Source: Candidatus Omnitrophota bacterium (GTDB lineage: Bacteria; Omnitrophota; Gorgyraeia; 2-01-FULL-45-10). From it: 32,000 bases of DNA. Under the pieces are notes generated by a model. It worked only from the letters and a program-made list of their open reading frames with translations, was not told the origin of the DNA and did not search any database. Both the position numbers and the translations under genes were made by a program. Below, piece by piece: positions 17,609 to 26,482 of the stretch. Where the stretch lies: positions 449,789 through 481,788 of the forward strand of contig JAMWCX010000001.1 in the NCBI GenBank assembly GCA_023818895.1. Direction: 5' to 3'. The first letter of the stretch is position 1. Every line of letters starts with the position of its first letter.

Positions 17609-17680
17609 TTACTATTCGCGCCCCGATCACATTGCATACACTCGCACGAATCGCCTCGCGTCAATTCGTGCACATTCGCG

Positions 17681-18766
17681 TTAAACCTTTATCCTAATCC
17701 TCCTATACCCTATCGCAATAACCGCTACCAAAATCCCCACAACCGTGGCCGGCTCAGGGACGCCTCCACCGCTCAGAGGGCCGCCCATGCCGCTTCCGAG
17801 CTTTATATAATATCCAACATTCTCGTCAAAATAGGTGTCACCTACCTTCATACCGGAAGGCACCCAGTCGGGGTCAGTGGCGTAGTAGTTCCATGTAAAA
17901 CCACCTATCTCGACACCGGATTGCTGGCCGCTGTAGGCGGTGTAGAGCTGCGACATATCATCCGTATCGAAGCTCATATCATTGAGCAGAAATTCAAAGG
18001 CTTCCACGCCGAAGTTCCTCACTTGCGTGATCTCGGCTGAGGTAAGCTGCATCTCCCAGAGGGCCATATCGTCCATAGGTTGGTAGAATGGGTAGGGATA
18101 ATAATTACTACCATCTATGCCCATTACGCCGCCAATATAAAAAAACGGGGTAGAGGCGTCCGGAGGATCCCAATACCCTACAAAATTCGTAGAGTATGAC
18201 GAACTACCATTATATACCGTTACCGTTCCACTGCTCACATAATGCCATGTGTCAAAAACCGTATTCCAGGTCACCGCAATATGGGACCACACATTCAGAG
18301 GTACGGTCCCTATATTCTTATAGTACTGAGTATCATTTCCCATGCAGGCATAAAGGTTGGCTATCGAAGAGTCATTATATTCATTCCAAATTGAGTTACT
18401 TCCGTGAGTCTCATCATATACGCCAAAAATCCCAAGAGAATACGTGTTTTGAAGGTTTGGCTTAACCCATATTGTTATAGTGCCGCTCATCGGCGCAGGA
18501 TCCATGGCCTGGCTTATGCTGCTCGGGATGAGGGCATTACCGAATTTGCCTGGCGTCCAACTCGCAGCCCCTAATGACGCGTCGGTACCTTTAGAGGCAT
18601 ACGCCGTGGTTCCGCTTGTCTCATCGAATTTCCAATAATCGCGCAGGGAGCTTTCGTATGAAGCGAAAGAGGGCGGGGCGACGCCCGCGATCACGATACA
18701 TATGATTATGCCTATAAATATTTTCGTCCTCATCGCCCTCACCCCTCTCTGCGGTTTTATATTCAT
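17681..18766 (-). CDS. Secreted LamG (concanavalin-A-like lectin/glucanase fold) domain protein with a C-terminal PEP-CTERM sorting signal
   Basis: N-terminal signal peptide (MRTKIFIGIIICIVIAGVAPPSFA|SYE). LamG_3-like start (YWKFDETSGTTAYASKG...WTPGKFGNAL) and end (MDDMALWEMQLTSAEI). The C-terminus GGVPEPATVVGILVAVIAIGYRRIRIKV shows a VPEP motif, a TM helix and a basic tail, which together form a PEP-CTERM signal. The start is ambiguous: ATG at 18766 (GGGGAG 8 nt upstream) or ATG at 18733 (GAGGGG 8 nt upstream). Confidence 0.8.
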   Translation of the reverse strand: MNIKPQRGVRAMRTKIFIGIIICIVIAGVAPPSFASYESSLRDYWKFDETSGTTAYASKGTDASLGAASWTPGKFGNALIPSSISQAMDPAPMSGTITIWVKPNLQNTYSLGIFGVYDETHGSNSIWNEYNDSSIANLYACMGNDTQYYKNIGTVPLNVWSHIAVTWNTVFDTWHYVSSGTVTVYNGSSSYSTNFVGYWDPPDASTPFFYIGGVMGIDGSNYYPYPFYQPMDDMALWEMQLTSAEITQVRNFGVEAFEFLLNDMSFDTDDMSQLYTAYSGQQSGVEIGGFTWNYYATDPDWVPSGMKVGDTYFDENVGYYIKLGSGMGGPLSGGGVPEPATVVGILVAVIAIGYRRIRIKV

Positions 18767-18780
18767 TTTGGTGTCTCCCC

Positions 18781-18817
18781 CAACAAAAATCCCGACCTCC
18801 TACTCGGAGATCGGGAC
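18781..18817 (-). terminator. Intrinsic terminator inside the 5' leader of the PEP-CTERM gene (candidate riboswitch expression platform)
   Basis: Minus strand: GUCCCGAUCUCC-GAGUA-GGAGGUCGGGAU, 12 bp including two G-U pairs (18817-18789), followed by UUUUGUUG (18788-18781). It lies 15 nt (ATG 18766) or 48 nt (ATG 18733) upstream of the candidate start codons. Confidence 0.8.
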
Positions 18818-18987
18818 GCGTTCTCTCGACGAGAACAAGCTTTATGTTAGCTCTAAACGGCAACTGGCTACCCTGCTTTCGCGAGGGCCCTGTAGCTTTG
18901 CTACGGCCTGAGTCTTCGTCAGGCCGCAGTCCCTTTAGGGACGGCCCATCCTTTCGGATGGTGTGCGATTAATATTTCTCTTCTTAT
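18781..18987 (-). ncRNA. Structured 5' leader, a candidate riboswitch (class unresolved; partial resemblance to c-di-GMP-I/GEMM-I)
   Basis: Consecutive minus-strand hairpins: CCAUCC-GAAA-GGAUGG (18961-18946); GUCCC-UAAA-GGGAC (18942-18929); CGGCCUGA-CGAAGAC-UCAGGCCG (18926-18904); GUAGC-AAA-GCUAC (18904-18892); CCCU(C)GC-GAAA-GCAGGG (18887-18871); GAGCU-AACAUAA-AGCUU (18853-18837); GUUCUC-GUCGA-GAGAAC (18836-18820); then the terminator. The GNRA (GAAA) loops exist only on the minus-strand reading, which sets the orientation. GGGACUGCG (18933-18925) can alternatively pair with CGCGUCCC (18820-18813) at the base of the terminator. Confidence 0.55.
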
Positions 18988-18993
18988 ACTTCT

Positions 18994-19012
18994 ATTATAA
19001 GTCTACCTTATA
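18994..19012 (-). promoter_or_regulatory. Candidate -10 boxes for the leader/PEP-CTERM transcript
   Basis: Minus strand has TATAAT (18999-18994) and TATAAG (19012-19007) in an AT-rich stretch just upstream of the structured region. The -35 elements are poor (best is TTAAGC-N18-TATAAG), so confidence is low. Confidence 0.3.
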
Positions 19013-19201
19013 TTAATAAAACGACAAGGTGCTTAATCTACTTTTTGTGGACAGATTTCTACCTTTTTTCGTCTTAAAAAAAGACGGTTTTAGTAGCAAT
19101 TAGACAAAGGAATAACTTTTTGCGGTAGGCTAACGAACCGAAACAAAACGTTGGATTAAATTCAAATCTTACAGGATAGTAAACGGCTACTTAAAAGCTC
19201 C

Positions 19202-20314
19202 CTAATGGTGGAATAATCTCAGTATATTTTCAAATATCCCAAATTTCATAATGTCGCTGTAGAATATGAAAACAGTTAGTATCACCAAAAAGGTGATACC
19301 TATATTTGTTATTATCTCCTGCGCCTTGAGCGACAGCGGCCGCCCCCTCAGCTTCTCGAGCGCCAGGAATATCATGTGGCCTCCGTCGAGGACTGGCAGC
19401 GGCAGCACATTGAAAATCGCAAGAGATGCGCTTAATATCCCCATAAGATGAAAGATATAGACCAAGCCGAGTTTAGCGGCCTGACCTGTTATAACGAACA
19501 TCCCTATCGGCCCCGTCATTGACTCTTTAAGAGAAAGCCTGCCTGTAATTATTGACCAGAGCGCCTTGTAAGTTACACCAGTAAGCTGAAAAAGCTTTTT
19601 TGCGCCCATGTAAAACGCCTGGAAAAAACCGTAGCGCACCTTCTCGATATTCTGAGATGGTGTCACCCCGATCTGGGCTATCCTGACATCATTGCCAAAA
19701 ATATCTTTGGCTTTGCGCACCTTGGGCGTTATGGTCATGTCAAAAACTTTTCCACCGCGCTCAATCGTAATAGCAATATCGCCTTCTGTACGCTTGAATA
19801 TAGCCTCCGTCATCTCTTCCCAGTACTTTACGACTTTGCCATCCACAGAAACTATTTTATCTCCCGGCCGCATACCCATGCGCTCGGCCGGATAGTCCTT
19901 TATAAGACCACCCACCTCGGTCGTTAAGGTGGGACTGCCAAACATGAATATAATGGAAAATATGATAAAAGCGAGAAGATAGTTAAGAAAAGGGCCGGCA
20001 AAAATTATTTTAAACCTGTCACCGACACTTCTGGATAGAAACTCCCACTTCTGGTGCGTCAGTTTTTCCCACGGTTCATCTCCCGTCATCTTCACGTAGC
20101 CGCCAAGCGGTATAGCCGAGATTAAGTATTCGGTTTCCCCCTTCTTGAGGGACGCTATTTTAGGTCCGAAGCCGAAAGAGAATTTCTCGACGCGCACGCC
20201 CAGAATCTTGGCCACGATGAAATGGCCGAATTCGTGCACGAGAACAAGAACGCTCAACACGGCAAGAAATGATATTAAAGACAACAAAGCGACCTTGCCT
20301 CCTCTCTTGCCCAT
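19202..20314 (-). CDS. rseP: RIP (site-2) zinc metalloprotease with PDZ domain
   Basis: Has HEFGHF in TM1, a central PDZ region (GDKIVSVDG), and the NVLPLPVLDGGH motif. The ATG at 20314 has no Shine-Dalgarno sequence and overlaps dxr by 40 nt. A TTG at 20287 (LLSLISF...) has GGAGG 9 nt upstream and may be the true start. Confidence 0.9.
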   Translation of the reverse strand: MGKRGGKVALLSLISFLAVLSVLVLVHEFGHFIVAKILGVRVEKFSFGFGPKIASLKKGETEYLISAIPLGGYVKMTGDEPWEKLTHQKWEFLSRSVGDRFKIIFAGPFLNYLLAFIIFSIIFMFGSPTLTTEVGGLIKDYPAERMGMRPGDKIVSVDGKVVKYWEEMTEAIFKRTEGDIAITIERGGKVFDMTITPKVRKAKDIFGNDVRIAQIGVTPSQNIEKVRYGFFQAFYMGAKKLFQLTGVTYKALWSIITGRLSLKESMTGPIGMFVITGQAAKLGLVYIFHLMGILSASLAIFNVLPLPVLDGGHMIFLALEKLRGRPLSLKAQEIITNIGITFLVILTVFIFYSDIMKFGIFENILRLFHH

Positions 20315-21435
20315 CTGTCAGTATCGAGTATATCTTTTACAGAGAGGGCGTCTATCTTCACGTTTCTATGCCGGGATAGGACCTTCTCTATGATCTCAGC
20401 TATTCGGGAAAACTTGATATTGCCATCAAGATAACACTTCACCGCTTCTTCGTCTGCCGCACAAAGCGCCGCCGGGGCGGTGCCACCCGAAGAGGCAGCC
20501 GCCCGCGCCAGTCCAAGGCATGGAAACTTTACCTCATCCGGCTTGCGGAAGGTAAGAGCCCCTATTTTTATAAAGTCTAGCCTCTCAACAATCGCCCTCG
20601 CGCGCAACGGAAAATTCAAAGCATACTGTATGGGAAGGCGCATATCGGCAACGGCCATCTGCGCCAGTACCGAACCGTCAACGAACTCGACCATCGAGTG
20701 CACTATCGCTTCGGGATGTATTAACACCTCGATATCCTTCTCAGCAACGCCAAATAGATATTTTGCCTCAAGTATCTCAAGCCCTTTGTTCATCATAGTA
20801 GCGGAATCAACGGATATCTTCTTCCCCATCCTCCATCTGGGATGACGTAGAATAAACTTTCTCGAAAGCCTGTCAAATCTATTAAGCGGCACGTCAAGCA
20901 GCGGCCCGCCGCTACCGGTAAGATATATCTTTGAAACATCGCTGACCTTTCCGTTAATACACTGAAATATCGCACTATGCTCGCTATCGATAGGGATCAT
21001 CGCAGCTCGGTGTTTTTGCGCAAGGCTTTTCACCAGAGGTCCGGCGCTCACCAGGGCCTCTTTGTTCGCAAGCGCTACCGCCTTGCCCTTCTTTATCGCT
21101 TCTATAAGTGGAATAAGACAGACTGTCCCGCTTATAGCAAGAACGACGATATCTGTGTCTTTTTCACAGGCAATCTCAGTAAGGCCGCCTAACCCGTCCA
21201 ACACTAACGTTCCTGGCGGCACGGCCTTCTTCAGACGGTTGACAAGAGATTTCCTTCCTACTGAGACCGCCTTTGGACGAAAGTCATGTGCCTGCTTTGC
21301 GAGAAGCCCTATATTGGAATCCGCTGAAAGCCCCACAACTCTAAATCTGTCGGCCGATTGCCTTATAACATTAAGTGTATTTATACCTATCGAGCCGGTG
21401 GAGCCCAGTATCGCGACCGTCTTTTTTTTTGTCAT
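20275..21435 (-). CDS. dxr: 1-deoxy-D-xylulose 5-phosphate reductoisomerase
   Basis: 386 aa with the GSTGSIG NADPH loop and LANKE and DSEHSAIFQC blocks. Confidence 0.97.
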   Translation of the reverse strand: MTKKKTVAILGSTGSIGINTLNVIRQSADRFRVVGLSADSNIGLLAKQAHDFRPKAVSVGRKSLVNRLKKAVPPGTLVLDGLGGLTEIACEKDTDIVVLAISGTVCLIPLIEAIKKGKAVALANKEALVSAGPLVKSLAQKHRAAMIPIDSEHSAIFQCINGKVSDVSKIYLTGSGGPLLDVPLNRFDRLSRKFILRHPRWRMGKKISVDSATMMNKGLEILEAKYLFGVAEKDIEVLIHPEAIVHSMVEFVDGSVLAQMAVADMRLPIQYALNFPLRARAIVERLDFIKIGALTFRKPDEVKFPCLGLARAAASSGGTAPAALCAADEEAVKCYLDGNIKFSRIAEIIEKVLSRHRNVKIDALSVKDILDTDRWAREEARSLCCL

Positions 21436-21443
21436 TTACGCGG

Positions 21444-22271
21444 CTATCTCTTCATCAGTATTTCTACATAAAAATAAAATATAGGTACGGTAAAAAGCAG
21501 GCTGTCTATAAGGTCCAGCATTCCTCCAAAACCGGAAAGTATCGCTCCCGAATCCTTTACCCCACAATCTCTTTTCAGCAGCGATTCGGCAAGATCACCG
21601 ACCTGTGCTAGTATGCCAAGAAGAAATCCGAGCACTAGCAGGTGCCCATACGGAAAACTGGGTAGAAAGGATTTACTCGCGACTGCGGCGACAACACTGC
21701 AGATAAGACCTCCTATCGTGCCCTCCACGGTCTTGCGCGGGCTTATCCGGGGAATCAGATTATGCTTTCCAATAGTGCCACCTATGAGATAGGCACCCAC
21801 ATCGCCGATTTTAGTAACAAGGATAACAAATGCCACAAGCAGCGCCCCGTCCGGCATAAATTTCAGCTTTATGAAAAAGGAAAAAAACCAAGCTATGTAG
21901 AGAAGGCCGAAGAGGGTGACCGATATGCTCGCAAGGGCCTGTGAGCCATCGCGCCGCGTAAACTGCAGAACAAATATGAAGAGGCAGGCTATTACCAGGA
22001 AGAAAGGCTCAAGAGTAAAATACCCTTCTAGCCCTTTCTGGAAATATACAGTTATCGGAACACACATACCTATTATGATGCCGAAATGCTTGTAGACCTC
22101 TACGCCCTTTTTCTCCGCTATTTCGAAATATTCCGCCAGCGCCATACCTATCATGCTCGAGGCAAGGAGCGTAAAAACCCAGTTGGGGAACCAGAACATA
22201 ATAAGGCCGACGAGCGTTAGTATGAGAGCGCTTGTGACTATCCTGCTTAGAAGCGAGGCATTATCCACCAA
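21444..22271 (-). CDS. cdsA: Phosphatidate cytidylyltransferase
   Basis: 275 aa polytopic membrane protein with the C-terminal CDS signature (SxxKRxxxxKDxGxxxxGHGGxxDRxDS-like: SLLKRDCGVKDSGAILSGFGGMLDLIDS). Confidence 0.9.
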   Translation of the reverse strand: MVDNASLLSRIVTSALILTLVGLIMFWFPNWVFTLLASSMIGMALAEYFEIAEKKGVEVYKHFGIIIGMCVPITVYFQKGLEGYFTLEPFFLVIACLFIFVLQFTRRDGSQALASISVTLFGLLYIAWFFSFFIKLKFMPDGALLVAFVILVTKIGDVGAYLIGGTIGKHNLIPRISPRKTVEGTIGGLICSVVAAVASKSFLPSFPYGHLLVLGFLLGILAQVGDLAESLLKRDCGVKDSGAILSGFGGMLDLIDSLLFTVPIFYFYVEILMKR

Positions 22272-22968
22272 ACCTCCTTTCCCGAGACTGATATTCGGAA
22301 ATCGCTCTCTTAAAATCCTCTTTCCGGAAATCGGGCCAAAGCTTTTTCAGGATATATATCTCGGCATATGACAACTGCCACAAAAGAAAATTTGATATCC
22401 TGAATTCGCCTGAAGTGCGTATAACAAGTTCTGGATCCGGCATCCCCGCCGTGTAGAGATAGCGCGAAAAGCGCTCCTCATCTATATCGTCCGCCTGTAT
22501 CTTGCCCTTAGTGGCCTCATCGGCTATCGCCCTGACGGCGTCAACGATCTCGGCTCTTCCGCCGTAATTAAGCGCCAGGTTCAGGACAAGCGCGACATTA
22601 TCCTTCGTCCTATCCATAGCCCTTAAAAGCTTGGCCTTAAGCTGCTCCGGAAGGCCTTCCATCCTGCCGATAACATTTAATCTGATATTGTTTTCGTCAA
22701 GCTTTCCAGACTCTTTATCAAGATAATCTTCCAGAAGGCGAAAAAGAGCGGATATCTCAGATCTGGGCCTTTTCCAGTTCTCGGTCGAAAAGGTATAAAG
22801 AGTAATATACTTAATACCAAGTTCTCTCGCGGCATCAACGGCTTCCCGGACGGCCTTGACACCGGCGCGATGGCCCGCGATCCTGGGAAGCCCTCTTTTT
22901 GCCGCCCATCTTCCGTTGCCATCCATTATTATAGCTACATGGCGGGGTATATTTTTTGGAGTAGTCAT
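22261..22968 (-). CDS. uppS: Di-trans,poly-cis-undecaprenyl-diphosphate synthase
   Basis: 235 aa with HVAIIMDGNGRWA, FSTENWKRP and RTSGExRxSNFLLWQ motifs. Confidence 0.95.
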   Translation of the reverse strand: MTTPKNIPRHVAIIMDGNGRWAAKRGLPRIAGHRAGVKAVREAVDAARELGIKYITLYTFSTENWKRPRSEISALFRLLEDYLDKESGKLDENNIRLNVIGRMEGLPEQLKAKLLRAMDRTKDNVALVLNLALNYGGRAEIVDAVRAIADEATKGKIQADDIDEERFSRYLYTAGMPDPELVIRTSGEFRISNFLLWQLSYAEIYILKKLWPDFRKEDFKRAISEYQSRERRFGG

Positions 22969-23044
22969 CAGTAGGTCAATGATCGGTAAAAAGTAAGTTG
23001 TAATGAGTAAAAATTACCGGCCGCGCCAGAATCGCCAATAGCGC

Positions 23045-25156
23045 CTACTTCATAAGGGCGTTTGCCATTATGAATGAGGCAAACACTATCGACACCATCG
23101 ACATCAATTTAATCAATATATTGAGGCTGGGGCCTGATGTGTCCTTAAAAGGGTCGCCTACCGTGTCGCCCACTACAGCGGCCTTATGCGCGGCGGATCC
23201 CTTGCCGCCGTAATTACCATCCTCGACAAACTTCTTGGCATTGTCCCATGTGCCACCGGCATTCGCCATCATGATGGCCAGCACAAAACCTGAAACGACC
23301 GCGCCGGTAAGCATACCTGTGACGCTGTCAACGCCCGCCAATATTCCGAGAAGGATCGGCGCGATTATGGCCATTAGAGCCGGCAAGACCATCTCCCTCT
23401 GCGCCGCCGCCGTCACTATCTTGACGCATCTGGCGTAATCGGGCTTGGCGCGCCCCTCCATAAGCCCCGCTATCTCCTTGAACTGGCGCCTCACCTCCAC
23501 CACGATACCACCCGCCGCCCTTCCGACCGCCCTCATCGTCATGGCGCAGAAAAGAAACGGCAGCATCCCGCCCACGAAAAGGCCGATAAGTACTTTTGGA
23601 TTCATCAGCGAAAGGTTTATCTGTCCTCCTAATATATGGATCTGGTCACGGTATGCCGCTATAAGGGCCAGGGCCGTAAGCGCCGCGGAACCTATCGCAA
23701 ACCCCTTGCCCGTGGCTGCTGTAGTATTGCCGAGCGCATCCAGTGCGTCTGTCCTCTGCCGAACCTCCTTTGGCTGATGCGTCATCTCAGCGTTGCCACC
23801 CGCATTATCTGCCACCGGTCCATACGCATCTGTCGCAAGTGTTATACCGAGGGTTGAAAGCATTCCGACAGCGGATATAGCTACGCCGTACAAACCCATG
23901 TCCGGACTGGCCGCGCCGCCAGCAAGATAATAGCTCGCCATGATCGCTATAGCAACAACTATCACCGGAACGGATGTGGACATCATGCCAACGGCAATCC
24001 CGCCTATAATGACGGTCGCCGGACCGGTCAGGGACTGGTGAGCTACACCTTGAGTAGGCTTATAGGTGCTTGAAGTGAAGAACTCCGTTGAAAGCCCGAT
24101 AACAACGCCGGCAATAAGACCGGCCAAAACCGACCAGTATACCCCTATATACTGCATACCAAGATTAAATTTGATTATGAAAAACGACAATATAGCAACC
24201 AATATCGAACTCGAAAAAACACCTCTCCTAAGGGCTGCTAAAAGCGCGGCCTGCTCAGCCTTCTCCTTTGTCTTCACAAAAAACGTTCCGATAATAGAAG
24301 ATAGGACGCCAACAGCGGCCATTGTCATCGGTATTGTAACAGACTGAAGAGATAACCCCAGTCTTCCAAAGGCGGCCACGCCAAGAGCGGAGGTGGCAAC
24401 TATGGATCCAACATAGGACTCATAAAGGTCCGCGCCCATTCCGGCTACGTCACCGACATTATCACCAACATTATCCGCTATAACAGCCGGATTGCGAGGA
24501 TCGTCCTCAGGGATGCCAGCCTCGATCTTTCCTACAAGATCGGCGCCGACATCCGCAGCTTTCGTAAATATGCCTCCGCCGACCCTTGCGAATAGGGCCT
24601 GGGAACTTGCGCCCATACCAAAACATAGCATAGTGGAGGTAACGGCGCCGAGTTTATCCATTCCATGCGGTAGTGGGTGAGTCGTATAGTACCAGTTAAG
24701 AAAATAATACCAGACAGAAAGATCTAAAAGCCCCAGCCCAACAACAACAAGCCCCATGACAGCACCTGACGAAAAGGCTACATTAAGCGCAGCGTTAAGG
24801 GTGCTCTTGGCTGCGTTTGTGGTCCTAGCGCTTGAATTGGTGGCCATCGTCATGCCAATATAGCCCGAAAGCCCAGAGAAAAAACCACCTGTCAAGAATG
24901 CAAACGGGACGAATATCGGTAGATGGCCCATAAATGACAATCCCATCAACACGACAAACATGATGGCAAAAAAGATAGCCACACCCATATATTGCCTTTT
25001 GAGATAAGCGCGGGCGCCCTCTCTTACGGCGTCGGCTATCCGTACCATATCATCTGTCCCCTCGCTTTTCTTGAATATCTTAATCGCAAGGTACGCCGCG
25101 AAACCAAGCGCCAATATAGAACCGAGGGGGGCCAAGATAAGTAGGTCGAGTTGCAT
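23045..25156 (-). CDS. hppA: Membrane-integral cation-pumping pyrophosphatase (K+-dependent subfamily signature)
   Basis: 703 aa with about 16 TM segments. Has [35 protein letters not shown] and [16 protein letters not shown]. The Ala (not Lys) in GNTTAA marks the K+-dependent clade. Confidence 0.95.
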   Translation of the reverse strand: MQLDLLILAPLGSILALGFAAYLAIKIFKKSEGTDDMVRIADAVREGARAYLKRQYMGVAIFFAIMFVVLMGLSFMGHLPIFVPFAFLTGGFFSGLSGYIGMTMATNSSARTTNAAKSTLNAALNVAFSSGAVMGLVVVGLGLLDLSVWYYFLNWYYTTHPLPHGMDKLGAVTSTMLCFGMGASSQALFARVGGGIFTKAADVGADLVGKIEAGIPEDDPRNPAVIADNVGDNVGDVAGMGADLYESYVGSIVATSALGVAAFGRLGLSLQSVTIPMTMAAVGVLSSIIGTFFVKTKEKAEQAALLAALRRGVFSSSILVAILSFFIIKFNLGMQYIGVYWSVLAGLIAGVVIGLSTEFFTSSTYKPTQGVAHQSLTGPATVIIGGIAVGMMSTSVPVIVVAIAIMASYYLAGGAASPDMGLYGVAISAVGMLSTLGITLATDAYGPVADNAGGNAEMTHQPKEVRQRTDALDALGNTTAATGKGFAIGSAALTALALIAAYRDQIHILGGQINLSLMNPKVLIGLFVGGMLPFLFCAMTMRAVGRAAGGIVVEVRRQFKEIAGLMEGRAKPDYARCVKIVTAAAQREMVLPALMAIIAPILLGILAGVDSVTGMLTGAVVSGFVLAIMMANAGGTWDNAKKFVEDGNYGGKGSAAHKAAVVGDTVGDPFKDTSGPSLNILIKLMSMVSIVFASFIMANALMK

Positions 25157-25158
25157 AG

Positions 25159-26448
<1,290 letters not shown>

Positions 26449-26482
26449 TTATTTATCCGCGCGCTCAAGCTTCTTTATCGCG

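Noticed and set aside
18621-18863. 80-aa minus-strand ORF overlapping the PEP-CTERM gene start and the leader.
   Set aside because: It runs straight through the leader terminator hairpin and is out of frame with the signal-peptide-bearing ORF. It has no motifs and an Arg/Gly-rich composition, so it is an artefact of the structured GC-rich leader.
18767-18987. Other identities for the structured leader: SRP RNA, 6S RNA, RNase P RNA, tmRNA, T-box, and the cobalamin, TPP, SAM, lysine, glycine, ZTP, fluoride, Mn2+ (yybP-ykoY), guanidine and c-di-GMP-II riboswitches.
   Set aside because: I could not find their hallmark conserved strings as I remember them. Examples: GCCACUG for the B12 box, CUGAGA...ACCUGAUCUGGAUAAUGCCAGCG for TPP, GAGGAAAGUCC for RNase P, GGGCAC...CCGACC for c-di-GMP-II, CCGCCUGGGC for ZTP, and GGGGAGUAGC for yybP. 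This is a by-eye exclusion only; a cmscan is required.
19070-19086. Hairpin CGTCTT-AAAAA-AAGACG in the AT-rich spacer downstream of rseP, considered as the rseP terminator.
   Set aside because: On the transcribed (minus) strand the stem is followed by an A-run, not a U-run. The stem is only 6 bp and AT-rich. On the plus strand a weak GTTTT follows, but there is no plus-strand gene to terminate. It is not a convincing intrinsic terminator, and I found no clear rseP terminator.
19125-19145. GGTTCG-containing segment (minus strand: tttcGGTTCGTTAGCCtacc) resembling a tRNA T-loop.
   Set aside because: The flanks do not form a 5-bp T-stem, and no acceptor, D or anticodon arms can be drawn on either strand. 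It is not a tRNA or tRNA fragment.
17527-19201. Mobile-element origin for the PEP-CTERM cassette.
   Set aside because: No integrase, transposase or recombinase ORF, no terminal inverted repeats, no flanking direct repeats and no adjacent tRNA were seen. By eye, codon and base composition of the ORF resemble the neighbouring genes.
22969-23044. GC-rich segment after hppA (GGCGCTATTGGCGATTCTGGCGCGGCCGG followed by TAATTTTT), considered as a terminator.
   Set aside because: The GC-rich sequences are direct-repeat-like (TTGGCGA / CTGGCGC) and include a 6-bp palindrome (CGGCCG). They do not form a stem of 5 bp or more adjacent to the T-run.
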